Assembly (NCBI GenBank): GCA_964638295.1
Contig: CAZWYS010000001.1
Coordinates: 2,144-66,143, forward strand
DNA from: an uncultured Dehalococcoidaceae bacterium
Lineage (GTDB): Bacteria; Chloroflexota; Dehalococcoidia; Dehalococcoidales; RBG-16-60-22
Direction: 5' to 3'
Length of the DNA: 64,000 nucleotides
Shown here piece after piece: positions 34,811 to 42,325 of this stretch; position 1 is the first letter of the stretch, and each line of letters begins with the position of its first letter. The translations under genes were made by a program, and so were the position numbers. The notes beneath the pieces are model-generated. The model saw nothing but the letters and a program-made list of their open reading frames with translations, had not been told where the DNA came from and ran no database searches.

Positions 34811-35752
34811 TTATTTCTTACGAGCGAACTTCTGCACAGTCCTGGGACCGCGGTCTACTGCCGCCCCTGCCCAGGAGACCTCTCCAACATAGATGTCTCC
34901 GTGCGAGTCAATGGCCACTGTGTGGGGGGCGATGAACAAGGCTTTATCCCGGTCTTTTCCTCTCTGGTTACCAAACCGGGTCAGCACCTGGCCTTCAAGG
35001 TTCAGGATGGTCACTCTCTGGCACAACTCGGTGACGTAAACGATGCCATTACGGTCAATCTGAACATCAGTTGGACGAATAAAATCTTCCCACTGGTCCA
35101 GGAATCTGCCCTGAGAATCGAAAATCTGGATGCGGCTATTCTCCCTGTCTGAGATCCATACCCTTTCCTGCTTGTCCACGCAGATGAAGTGGGGAAGTCT
35201 AAACTGGCCTGGCTTAAATCCCGGCTCGCCCCAGGAGAAAAGTAACGTACCGTCCGGGGAAAACTTGTGTACGCGGGCATTACCGTAGCCGTCAGAGACA
35301 TATAGTTCTCCCGAAGGAGTAACGGCCACCCCGGTCGGACGGTTGAACGGCGGGCCGCCATGCGTGATGGTGGTCAGGCTCCAGAATATGCTATGCCATT
35401 CCGGGACGTAACCTGTATCCGACGGCTGTCCTTTATTGCCAATTGTCTGCAATAGCTCCCCTTCGGGAGTGAATTTATATATGACGTGCAGCTCGTCATC
35501 GGTGCAGTAGATAGAGCCGTCAGGGCTGATGCCGGCACCGTGAGCACGTTTAAAAAGTCCGTCTCCCCAGTGAGTTAAATAATTACCTTCACGGTCAAAA
35601 ACCAGGACCGGATGGGTGCCCCGGTTCAAAACGTAAACCCTGTCCCGCGCATCAATGGCCAGGCCAGCGACATCCAGAAGCGACCAACCGGCAGGGTATT
35701 TCGCCCACCCGTCTACCAGTTCATAAGTGTATTTGCCTGATCCGTATAACAT
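34811..35752 (-). CDS. NHL-repeat six-bladed beta-propeller protein (peptidyl-alpha-hydroxyglycine lyase-like family)
   Basis: 313 aa. Repeated ..G.(I/V)YV.D..N.R(I/V)..F.. blades (YVSDGYGNARVHKF, WISDRENSRIQIF). Paralog at 57933. Confidence 0.8.
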   Translation of the reverse strand: MLYGSGKYTYELVDGWAKYPAGWSLLDVAGLAIDARDRVYVLNRGTHPVLVFDREGNYLTHWGDGLFKRAHGAGISPDGSIYCTDDELHVIYKFTPEGELLQTIGNKGQPSDTGYVPEWHSIFWSLTTITHGGPPFNRPTGVAVTPSGELYVSDGYGNARVHKFSPDGTLLFSWGEPGFKPGQFRLPHFICVDKQERVWISDRENSRIQIFDSQGRFLDQWEDFIRPTDVQIDRNGIVYVTELCQRVTILNLEGQVLTRFGNQRGKDRDKALFIAPHTVAIDSHGDIYVGEVSWAGAAVDRGPRTVQKFARKK

Positions 35753-35936
35753 ACCTTTTCCCTCCTAATAATATGTTGATGTGCTTTTAACAGGGACTTA
35801 CTTTCTCCTTATCCTCTGCAACAATCCTATCTTGCGTTACTAAGAAATTTCCCCGCGGCTGTTTGTTGCCTATCTACCACTTACCTTAGCGATAAGCAGT
35901 GCTCTGCCATCGCCCGGAACACGACATGGTCTCCAG

Positions 35937-37046
35937 TTACAGATTGCACGGCAAAGCGACCCCAAACCTGTCGGCAACACTTCTTAAGTTAGCGATAGTC
36001 CCCTCGGGAAGAGGAATACCATTCTGAAAACGGTCGTCATAAATCCTCCATTCGGGTTCACCGGGAACGAATATCTCGTCGACCCCGTCAGCCTTGGGGA
36101 GAGCCTTCAGGACATCAATGAGATTGTCAATATGCTCTTTATATTCATCAACATCGGTAAATTTGCTTATATCGATAGCGGCCACGACACTATTTTGAAC
36201 ATTACGTTGAACGTACTGCGGCCGGACACCTATGACTTCCGTCTTTTTCTCCTCTTTTACCGGTACTATCTCTTTACCCTGTAACGCCGGCTCCAGAAGC
36301 GGGTTCCCCAACATTACGCTGGCCAGGCATTCGCACATGAGGGCCAGTCCGGAGCCTTTAGGCCCACCTAGGGGCAACAAAGCGGTGGTGTGACGGGGGT
36401 CGGTAGTAGGCTTGCCGTTCTCGCCCAATGCCCAGCCCTCCGGTATAGGAACACCTTTATCAATAGCGAGGAAGAGTTTGCCACCGGCGACAACACTGGT
36501 GGCCATGTCCAAAAGCAGAGGACGATGGCGCTTCGAGGGCACAGATATTGCCAGGGGATTATTGGCTACTCCCGCGACTCTGGCTCCATGTGGCGCCATG
36601 TTCGGGGGACTGCAGACAAAGATAGCTCCTGCCATATTATTATTTACGGCTATCTGCGGATAGTAACCCAGAGCTCCCTGGTGCGTCGTATTGCGGATTA
36701 ATACCCAACCGATGCCCACGTTCTTTGCTTTCTCTACCGCCCGGTTCATCGCTAAGACGGTAACTACCGGCCCCAGGGCATGGTCAGCACTAATAACCGC
36801 GGTTGCGGGAGTTTCCATTTCAACCTGGATGTCGGGGTTAGGGTTCATTATGCCCTTGTCAATATTTTCAACATACCAGGGGATCCGCAGTATACCATGA
36901 GAGTCCACCCCTCTCAGATTAGCCCATACCAGCGCATCGGCCTCAAGCTCGGCATCTTCCGGAGGCAAACCCGCCTTTTCAAATACTTTCCGCGTAAATT
37001 CCTTTAGCGGCTCCCAATTGGCCTTTTTTTCACTGTGTGATGTCAA
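35937..37046 (-). CDS. Ldh2-family (malate/L-lactate/sulfolactate dehydrogenase type 2) oxidoreductase
   Basis: 369 aa. ANLRGVDSHGILRIP and THQGALGYY motifs. Paralog at 62265. Confidence 0.85.
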   Translation of the reverse strand: MTSHSEKKANWEPLKEFTRKVFEKAGLPPEDAELEADALVWANLRGVDSHGILRIPWYVENIDKGIMNPNPDIQVEMETPATAVISADHALGPVVTVLAMNRAVEKAKNVGIGWVLIRNTTHQGALGYYPQIAVNNNMAGAIFVCSPPNMAPHGARVAGVANNPLAISVPSKRHRPLLLDMATSVVAGGKLFLAIDKGVPIPEGWALGENGKPTTDPRHTTALLPLGGPKGSGLALMCECLASVMLGNPLLEPALQGKEIVPVKEEKKTEVIGVRPQYVQRNVQNSVVAAIDISKFTDVDEYKEHIDNLIDVLKALPKADGVDEIFVPGEPEWRIYDDRFQNGIPLPEGTIANLRSVADRFGVALPCNL

Positions 37047-37211
37047 GTTATACCCTCCCTTGTCATATATAACTACATTCTTGTCTTGGTTTAGTAATAA
37101 GAACTCGAACGTATGAATCTGTTATCCAGAGTCTCCACGCCACAGCTCATGAGTAAAGGAAATTTCCATCAGTAAAGCTGTCAATATGCTCTTTACGTGC
37201 TTATATTGATA

Positions 37212-37241
37212 GCTCCCACAAAATCATTCTGAAGTGGGAGC
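37212..37241 (-). terminator. hairpin downstream of the TRAP permease gene (weak terminator candidate)
   Basis: GCTCCCAC-N14-GTGGGAGC. 8-bp stem but a large loop and no clear U-tract. Confidence 0.25.
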
Positions 37242-37334
37242 CTGCAAATACTCCTCGGGGCACTCCTGCGATGGTTCCCAAGCTACTTGCAACTTCGTTC
37301 TGTATCCTATAGTTCTTCCTTATATAACACCATC

Positions 37335-38669
37335 CTACTTGATCATCATGCTGGGTAACCACAGGATTATCTGAGGGAAAGCCACACACGCCCCAAGTCC
37401 AACCATTATGAGTATAATAAATGGAATTACTCCCTTAATTATATGAGCCATCGTCACTCCGTACTTGGGGTCAGTCGTACCCCGGAATATGAATATCCCC
37501 GTAGCGAATGGAGGCGACATGAAGCCCATCTGAAGGTTAACGCATACCATTATCGCGAACCAGACGGGGTCAAATCCCAGAGCCGGCACGATAGGCGACA
37601 CTATAGGAATGACAATGAAAACAATTCCCATCCAGTCCATAAACATTCCCAAGATGAAGACCATGATCATGACAGCAACAAAGGCGCCCCAGCGCCCGCC
37701 AGGGGCAGCCAGAACGACAGATTCCACCACCTTTCCACACCCGGAACCAATAAATACACCAACAAAGGCGACAGAAAATCCGGCGACGACGGCTATCATT
37801 CCGGTGAGTCTTACTGTCTCTAATAAAGTATCTTTCAGGACGTTCCAGCTAAATCTGCGGTAGATAATGACCAAGATTATTGACGCAAAGGCGCCGGCGC
37901 CGGCGGCTTCAGTAGGCGGGGCTATCCCCAGGAAAATGACACCCAATACTGAAAGGATAAGGAGTAAGACTGGAAGAAGCGACGTTACAAGCATAGCCGT
38001 CTTCTTTTTGAAGGAGACGTTTCTGTCTTTAGCAGGTACTGATGGTGCAATTTCTGGCTGGAAAAAAGAACGCAGGGCGATGTAGCTAATATATAAGCCG
38101 GATAGGATTAGTCCGGGGCCAAAGGCCCCCATAAACAGCTTCCCCACCGAGATCATAGCCATAGGTCCATACATAACCAGCATGATACTGGGTGGAATAA
38201 GAATACCCAGACAGCCCCCGGCAATAATTGATCCGCTGACCAAGGTTTTACTATAGCCTCGCTTTAGCATGGATGGCAGAGCGATAAGAGCCAGCATGGT
38301 GATAGAGGCGGCAATTATGCCCACGCATGTAGCCATAATGGTGCCGATTAACACGGTAACTATCGCCAGTCCGCCTCTAAACCCCCCGAGCCACAGGTAT
38401 AATGCCTCATACATTTTGTCGGCTATTCCTGAACGCTCCAGCATTAGCCCCATGAAGATAAACATGGGAACCGCAACGAGGACATAGTGGTTTGTCAGAT
38501 CAAACAATCGAGAGTATAGTATGTCAAATACAGCGGTCCCAAATACTAATAATCCAACGATTAACCCCAGAGCGCCTATTACGACACCCAGGTGAAAGCC
38601 CGTCACGACCCCCACCAGAATCCCGACTATCATTATTACCGTAAGAGTTTCTACGCTTATATTAATCAT
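37335..38669 (-). CDS. dctM: TRAP transporter large permease subunit
   Basis: 444 aa polytopic membrane protein. Overlaps the small-subunit gene by 8 nt. Confidence 0.9.
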   Translation of the reverse strand: MINISVETLTVIMIVGILVGVVTGFHLGVVIGALGLIVGLLVFGTAVFDILYSRLFDLTNHYVLVAVPMFIFMGLMLERSGIADKMYEALYLWLGGFRGGLAIVTVLIGTIMATCVGIIAASITMLALIALPSMLKRGYSKTLVSGSIIAGGCLGILIPPSIMLVMYGPMAMISVGKLFMGAFGPGLILSGLYISYIALRSFFQPEIAPSVPAKDRNVSFKKKTAMLVTSLLPVLLLILSVLGVIFLGIAPPTEAAGAGAFASIILVIIYRRFSWNVLKDTLLETVRLTGMIAVVAGFSVAFVGVFIGSGCGKVVESVVLAAPGGRWGAFVAVMIMVFILGMFMDWMGIVFIVIPIVSPIVPALGFDPVWFAIMVCVNLQMGFMSPPFATGIFIFRGTTDPKYGVTMAHIIKGVIPFIILIMVGLGACVAFPQIILWLPSMMIK

Positions 38670-39171
38670 AGGATCTATTCCTTATCAGCAAGTATAAATC
38701 ACGAGTGAATTGAGCCACACCTTGAAGAGTAAAGAGGAACACTCCTAAAAGCATTACTATTCTGACCGGATAGACCGGGGGATACCAGAAACCTGAAACC
38801 GATCTCTCCCCCATTGAGTAGGAATACCACGCCCCTTCAGCCGAAGCGTATACAAGCATTATGAGAAATGGGAAGAAAAATAATAAATAACCACCGACAT
38901 CAATGATTGCCCTGCCTCTAGGCGAAAGGCGTTCATAAATAAGGTCGATTCTGACATGCCCGTGACGCAGATGGGTATATACCCAGCCCAGAGTACAGAC
39001 GGCGCAAAGAAGGAACCGTACTGAGTCATATGCCCATATGGTTGGCGCATTGAAAACGTATCGTTCGGTGACTTCAAAGGCAATCAGTACGAGCATTAAT
39101 AAGACAACCCACCGTACTGTTTTCCCTGTCCACTCACTAATGGAATCAATAACCCGAATTACACCTCTCAT
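38662..39171 (-). CDS. dctQ: TRAP transporter small permease subunit
   Basis: 169 aa, four hydrophobic segments. Positioned between the SBP and large permease genes. Confidence 0.85.
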   Translation of the reverse strand: MRGVIRVIDSISEWTGKTVRWVVLLMLVLIAFEVTERYVFNAPTIWAYDSVRFLLCAVCTLGWVYTHLRHGHVRIDLIYERLSPRGRAIIDVGGYLLFFFPFLIMLVYASAEGAWYSYSMGERSVSGFWYPPVYPVRIVMLLGVFLFTLQGVAQFTRDLYLLIRNRSYD

Positions 39172-39181
39172 AATTCTCCAG

Positions 39182-39209
39182 CCCCACCCCGAAACACTTC
39201 GGGGTGGGG
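39182..39209 (-). promoter_or_regulatory. 12-bp GC-rich intercistronic stem-loop between dctP and dctQ
   Basis: CCCCACCCCGAA-acac-TTCGGGGTGGGG, perfect stem. Lies 10 nt before the dctQ start region. Confidence 0.55.
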
Positions 39210-39254
39210 GTAAACTTAGTATCTATTTGACCGGGCCCGTTATCTAGCAAAACT

Positions 39255-40412
39255 CTACTTTATGCCTGATGCCCAGCAAATATCCCGCCAACTGAGTTTA
39301 GACTGATATACCTCGCCATACAGCGGGTCACTGGCGCACTTTTCTGAGTAGAATTTCTTGGCTGCCGTGTAAAGTGCCTCGTCAATTTCCGGATTAAGCA
39401 ATGAAACTTCGTTGCCGTACTCTTTAAACTTTTCAATTGCCTCGGCATCTTCAGCTAGCGCGTTACCAAGTCGCTTGAGTACCTGGTCCCATTCCGCCTT
39501 CTGTACTATCGCTTGAAGATCAGCGGGAAGCTCATTCCAGGATTCTTCGCTTACTATAAGGTAATAACTCTCACTGGGGCTGCGGCTTGCGGAGATATAC
39601 ATATAGTCGGTAACTTCCTGCAGGCCTGTAATCCAGTTCGTACCTGGCGAGCTATATTCACAAGCATCTATGACCCCACGTTGTATAGATTCATAGATTT
39701 CACTGCCAGACATAGTAACAGCCGACACGCCCATTTTGCTGATGATTTCACCAGCTTCACCGGCGAGCCGTATCTTCAACCCCTGAAGATCATCCAGAGA
39801 ATTTATAGGTACAGTGGAGTGACACCATACCTCTGCCGGCTGAAGTATGTGCGGACCGATGAATTGTATGCCGTCTACCTGGTCATATACTTTTTGTGCG
39901 AGCTCAATCCCACCGCCTGACTTAAGCCAGAGCATCAGCTGTATTACCGTCAGTCCACCAACAGTGTCATCGACGGCAGCAGCCTGCTCGACGTACCGTA
40001 TAGTAAAGCCAGGGCCTACATGGATAGCGTCTACCGACCCTTTAGCTAATCCCGCGAGCTCCTCTTCCTTTGGTATGATACCACCAGAGGCATAGTTTTC
40101 AATGACTAAGCGCCCGCCACTCATGATCTTAATCTGCTCAATAACCTCATTTCCTGCCAAATAACAAGGATCTCCAGCTGCAGTCTGATTTTGCAACTTC
40201 CAGGTAATTACCTCTGCTGGCTGTGCTGGGGCTGGGACAGGGGCTGGAGCTGGGGCTGGAGCTGGGGCTGGAGCCGGGGCTGGAGCTGGGGCTGGAGCCG
40301 GGGCTGGGACAGGGGCTGGAGCCGGTGCAGGCGCTGGTGCAGGTGCTGCACAGGCAACCAAGCTCGCGATTAACAACAATGCCAATGGGATTAATAATAT
40401 TTTCTTTTTCAT
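39255..40412 (-). CDS. dctP: TRAP transporter substrate-binding lipoprotein with long Pro-Ala linker
   Basis: Signal peptide with lipobox LVAC, then an (AP)n tether, then a DctP-type SBP body. The second ATG (40412) is preferred because AAGGAG lies 9 nt upstream (ORF-track start is 40430). Confidence 0.85.
   Translation of the reverse strand: MKKKILLIPLALLLIASLVACAAPAPAPAPAPAPVPAPAPAPAPAPAPAPAPAPAPAPVPAPAQPAEVITWKLQNQTAAGDPCYLAGNEVIEQIKIMSGGRLVIENYASGGIIPKEEELAGLAKGSVDAIHVGPGFTIRYVEQAAAVDDTVGGLTVIQLMLWLKSGGGIELAQKVYDQVDGIQFIGPHILQPAEVWCHSTVPINSLDDLQGLKIRLAGEAGEIISKMGVSAVTMSGSEIYESIQRGVIDACEYSSPGTNWITGLQEVTDYMYISASRSPSESYYLIVSEESWNELPADLQAIVQKAEWDQVLKRLGNALAEDAEAIEKFKEYGNEVSLLNPEIDEALYTAAKKFYSEKCASDPLYGEVYQSKLSWRDICWASGIK
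40215..40348 (-). repeat. hexanucleotide (GCTGGR)n microsatellite-like tract encoding the (Ala-Pro)n linker
   Basis: About 130 nt of near-perfect 6-nt / 12-nt periodicity read directly. Spawns spurious ORFs in the other frames. Confidence 0.85.
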
Positions 40413-40519
40413 TGATAAAAACTCCTTCATTTAGATTTTTGTCGGCTAAAAATACTCTACTACTGAAAGCTATCACCCCCTTCTCCTAGATTTAGGTATC
40501 CCCAGTATATCCTACTGGG

Positions 40520-40851
40520 TCACGCTGAGTCAATGCCTCAACTGTCGATAACTGCTTTTGGCATACGGACTGTAGTTGTGATTTTAAGAGGTAACGTAAC
40601 ATTCCGTCATGTATTATCTTCAGGTAGACCCGCAGGCTAGGTTAGAATGAAGCCTAACGGGTTCCGGTGAGGTGAACAATCCGTTGGGGAGTTTGAGCTG
40701 CCCCGTCAATTTGATTGCCTGCCGGCTCTGTAGTGGCCCGATTTAGGAAATTGGGGAGTCTCTGTGACTAGCCCCGCATCAAGCGCATGAATGGGCAAAG
40801 GGCCCGGCTAAGGTTCAACCGAACCCGAATTTACTCAAGGAGGGAACAAAA
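40520..40851 (+). ncRNA. candidate IS110 bridge-RNA-type non-coding leader
   Basis: Several hand-found helices: CCCC-gt-CAATTT (40701-40712) with AAATTG-GGG (40748-40756); GGGGAGTC-tctgt-GACTaGCCCC (40753-40775); GTTAG-N8-CTAAC (about 40648-40665). No ORF present. Confidence 0.3.
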
Positions 40852-42018
40852 GTGATCTGCAGCGTAGGCATTGACTTACATCAGGGGCGACACAGAGCGC
40901 GGTGTCTGGATGAGAGAGCGCAACCCTGTGATAGCTTCAGCTTCCAGACCACATCGGAAGGACTGGCTACACTGGAAGAGCGTGTTTTCCGGGATGACTC
41001 TAATCCTACTATAGTACTCGAACCTGCAGGCTTGCCCTGGCTGATGGTGGCTGTCTATTTGCAAGCTCGCCATCCTGATTGCCTTGTGGTGAAAGCCAAG
41101 ACGCAGAAAGTAGCTGCCCTGAGGAGGTACCTTCGAGGACCGGTCAAGAGTGACCGCCTCGATGCCCTGACCCTGGCCAAAATGCCGTTCGTTGACCCTG
41201 AGCAACTGGATAAGATTTACTTAGCTCCTGCTGAAATCCATGCTCTTCAGCGGCTTACTCGCCAGCGTAAGCGGATAGAACAGGATGTTACAGGCCGCAA
41301 GGTCAGGATATCGGCCATTGTCGATGGATACCTCCCCGGTGTACGCCAAGCTTTCAATGACACATGGTCTTCTCCACTCAGGGCTTTCTTAAGGTCCCGG
41401 CTTAACCCGTTTGCCGTAGTCCGAGATGGGGAGGAGACGCTTCACGTTTTTCTGAGTAAAGCCAATTCCCGAAATAAATGGAGTAAGGAGCAGACCAGAG
41501 TGGTTTTTCTTGCCTGTCACAACATAGCTACTATATGTGAGATAGCTGAGCCGGTTGGAACAGTTAACGAGGAATTCTTTATTAATCTCCAGGATGAGAT
41601 AGCTCGGGAATTAAGGATGCTCGAAGCGGATGAGACTGAATCTGAAGCCTTGGCGAGCCGCATTGCGGAGCTATATAGGAAACTTCACCCTTCGAACAAT
41701 CTGAGTACCATACCGGGCGTTGGAGAGCATACAGCACCGGTCTTTCTGGCGACGGTAGGCGACCCGGCACGTTTCCACAATCAATCCGCTTTTGCCAATT
41801 GGGAAGGAGTAGTGCCGGGAGCCAGACAATCCTCAGATGTGCAAGCCAAAGGGCTGAGGATGACCAAAGCCGGGCCATCCATCATGAGGATGGCTCTTTA
41901 CCAAGCAGGAGATATCAGCCGCCGTTGGGACCCGCAGCTCGCTGCCGTTTACCATCGCGAGATGGTCTACCACGGCAAGAACCACAGGCAAGCGATGGGA
42001 GCTGTGAGATCTAACTAA
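40852..42018 (+). CDS. IS110-family transposase (DEDD N-terminal domain plus Transposase_20-type C-terminal domain)
   Basis: 388 aa, GTG start after AAGGAGGG. N-terminal VGIDLHQGRH.., C-terminal LSTIPGVGEHTAPVFLATVGDPARF..SAFANWEGVVPGARQS. The protein ends only 5 aa after ..HRQAMGAV, so it may be C-terminally shortened. Confidence 0.9.
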   Translation: MICSVGIDLHQGRHRARCLDERAQPCDSFSFQTTSEGLATLEERVFRDDSNPTIVLEPAGLPWLMVAVYLQARHPDCLVVKAKTQKVAALRRYLRGPVKSDRLDALTLAKMPFVDPEQLDKIYLAPAEIHALQRLTRQRKRIEQDVTGRKVRISAIVDGYLPGVRQAFNDTWSSPLRAFLRSRLNPFAVVRDGEETLHVFLSKANSRNKWSKEQTRVVFLACHNIATICEIAEPVGTVNEEFFINLQDEIARELRMLEADETESEALASRIAELYRKLHPSNNLSTIPGVGEHTAPVFLATVGDPARFHNQSAFANWEGVVPGARQSSDVQAKGLRMTKAGPSIMRMALYQAGDISRRWDPQLAAVYHREMVYHGKNHRQAMGAVRSN

Positions 42019-42162
42019 TCAAGCTAAACCGAGGCTGAATTTTTGCTAATAATTTGCTAATAGACTAAATAAAACTCAATGTTACCAGATGGTTTTCTAC
42101 GCTCAATACAGGTTTTGGGCAAGTAACGCCAAAGTACTATTTTGTATCTAAAACTACCATTT

Positions 42163-42198
42163 GGGACACCTGATAGCGAATCCGGTATGCGCTACCAA
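42163..42198 (+). pseudogene. tRNA-Glu 3' remnant (22-nt exact repeat, copy 2, plus an upstream GGACACCT match)
   Basis: gggacacct-gatag-cgaatccggtatgcgctaccaa. It matches tRNA-Glu positions ..GGACACCT and the T-arm/acceptor 3' half. The anticodon arm is missing. Confidence 0.55.
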
Positions 42199-42325
42199 CA
42201 ACAAATTCAAAATCAATAACGCCGATTTGATGGCGAGGCTGGCCAAAATCAAAAATATCATTGCCCTTAAAGACAACACCACCAACGCCGCTGACTACAA
42301 CTTCAGTAGCACAATTCTGACCTAA
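42197..42325 (+). pseudogene. fragment of a DapA/N-acetylneuraminate-lyase-family (class I aldolase) gene
   Basis: Startless frame reads NNKFKINNADLMARLAKIKNIIALKDNTTNAADYNFSSTILT*. ..NI(I/V)(A/G)(L/I)KD(S/N)(S/T).. resembles the Schiff-base Lys region of DHDPS-family enzymes. No upstream or downstream remainder. Confidence 0.35.

Larger units (their letters stand above)
40500..42176 (+). mobile_element. IS110-family insertion sequence (boundaries not determinable; right end possibly truncated)
   Basis: Single DEDD-type transposase gene preceded by a roughly 350-nt non-coding leader and no obvious terminal inverted repeats, as expected for IS110. Only one copy is in the window, so the ends cannot be mapped. 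Confidence 0.55.

Noticed and set aside
40147-40489. ORFs rich in Ser/Pro/Gly or GW repeats (109 aa, 60 aa, 88 aa) and a regular short-period repeat that could superficially suggest a CRISPR-like or tandem-repeat locus
   Set aside because: They are alternative-frame or antisense readings of the (GCTGGR)n tract that encodes the Ala-Pro linker of the TRAP lipoprotein. The 6-nt period has no spacers, so it is not CRISPR.
22932-42198. Prophage, ICE or defence-island interpretation of the tRNA-flanked accessory DNA
   Set aside because: I could recognise no integrase, relaxase, capsid, terminase, portal, restriction-modification, Cas, toxin-antitoxin or other defence-type motifs. Only a GIY-YIG domain gene and one IS110 transposase are present.
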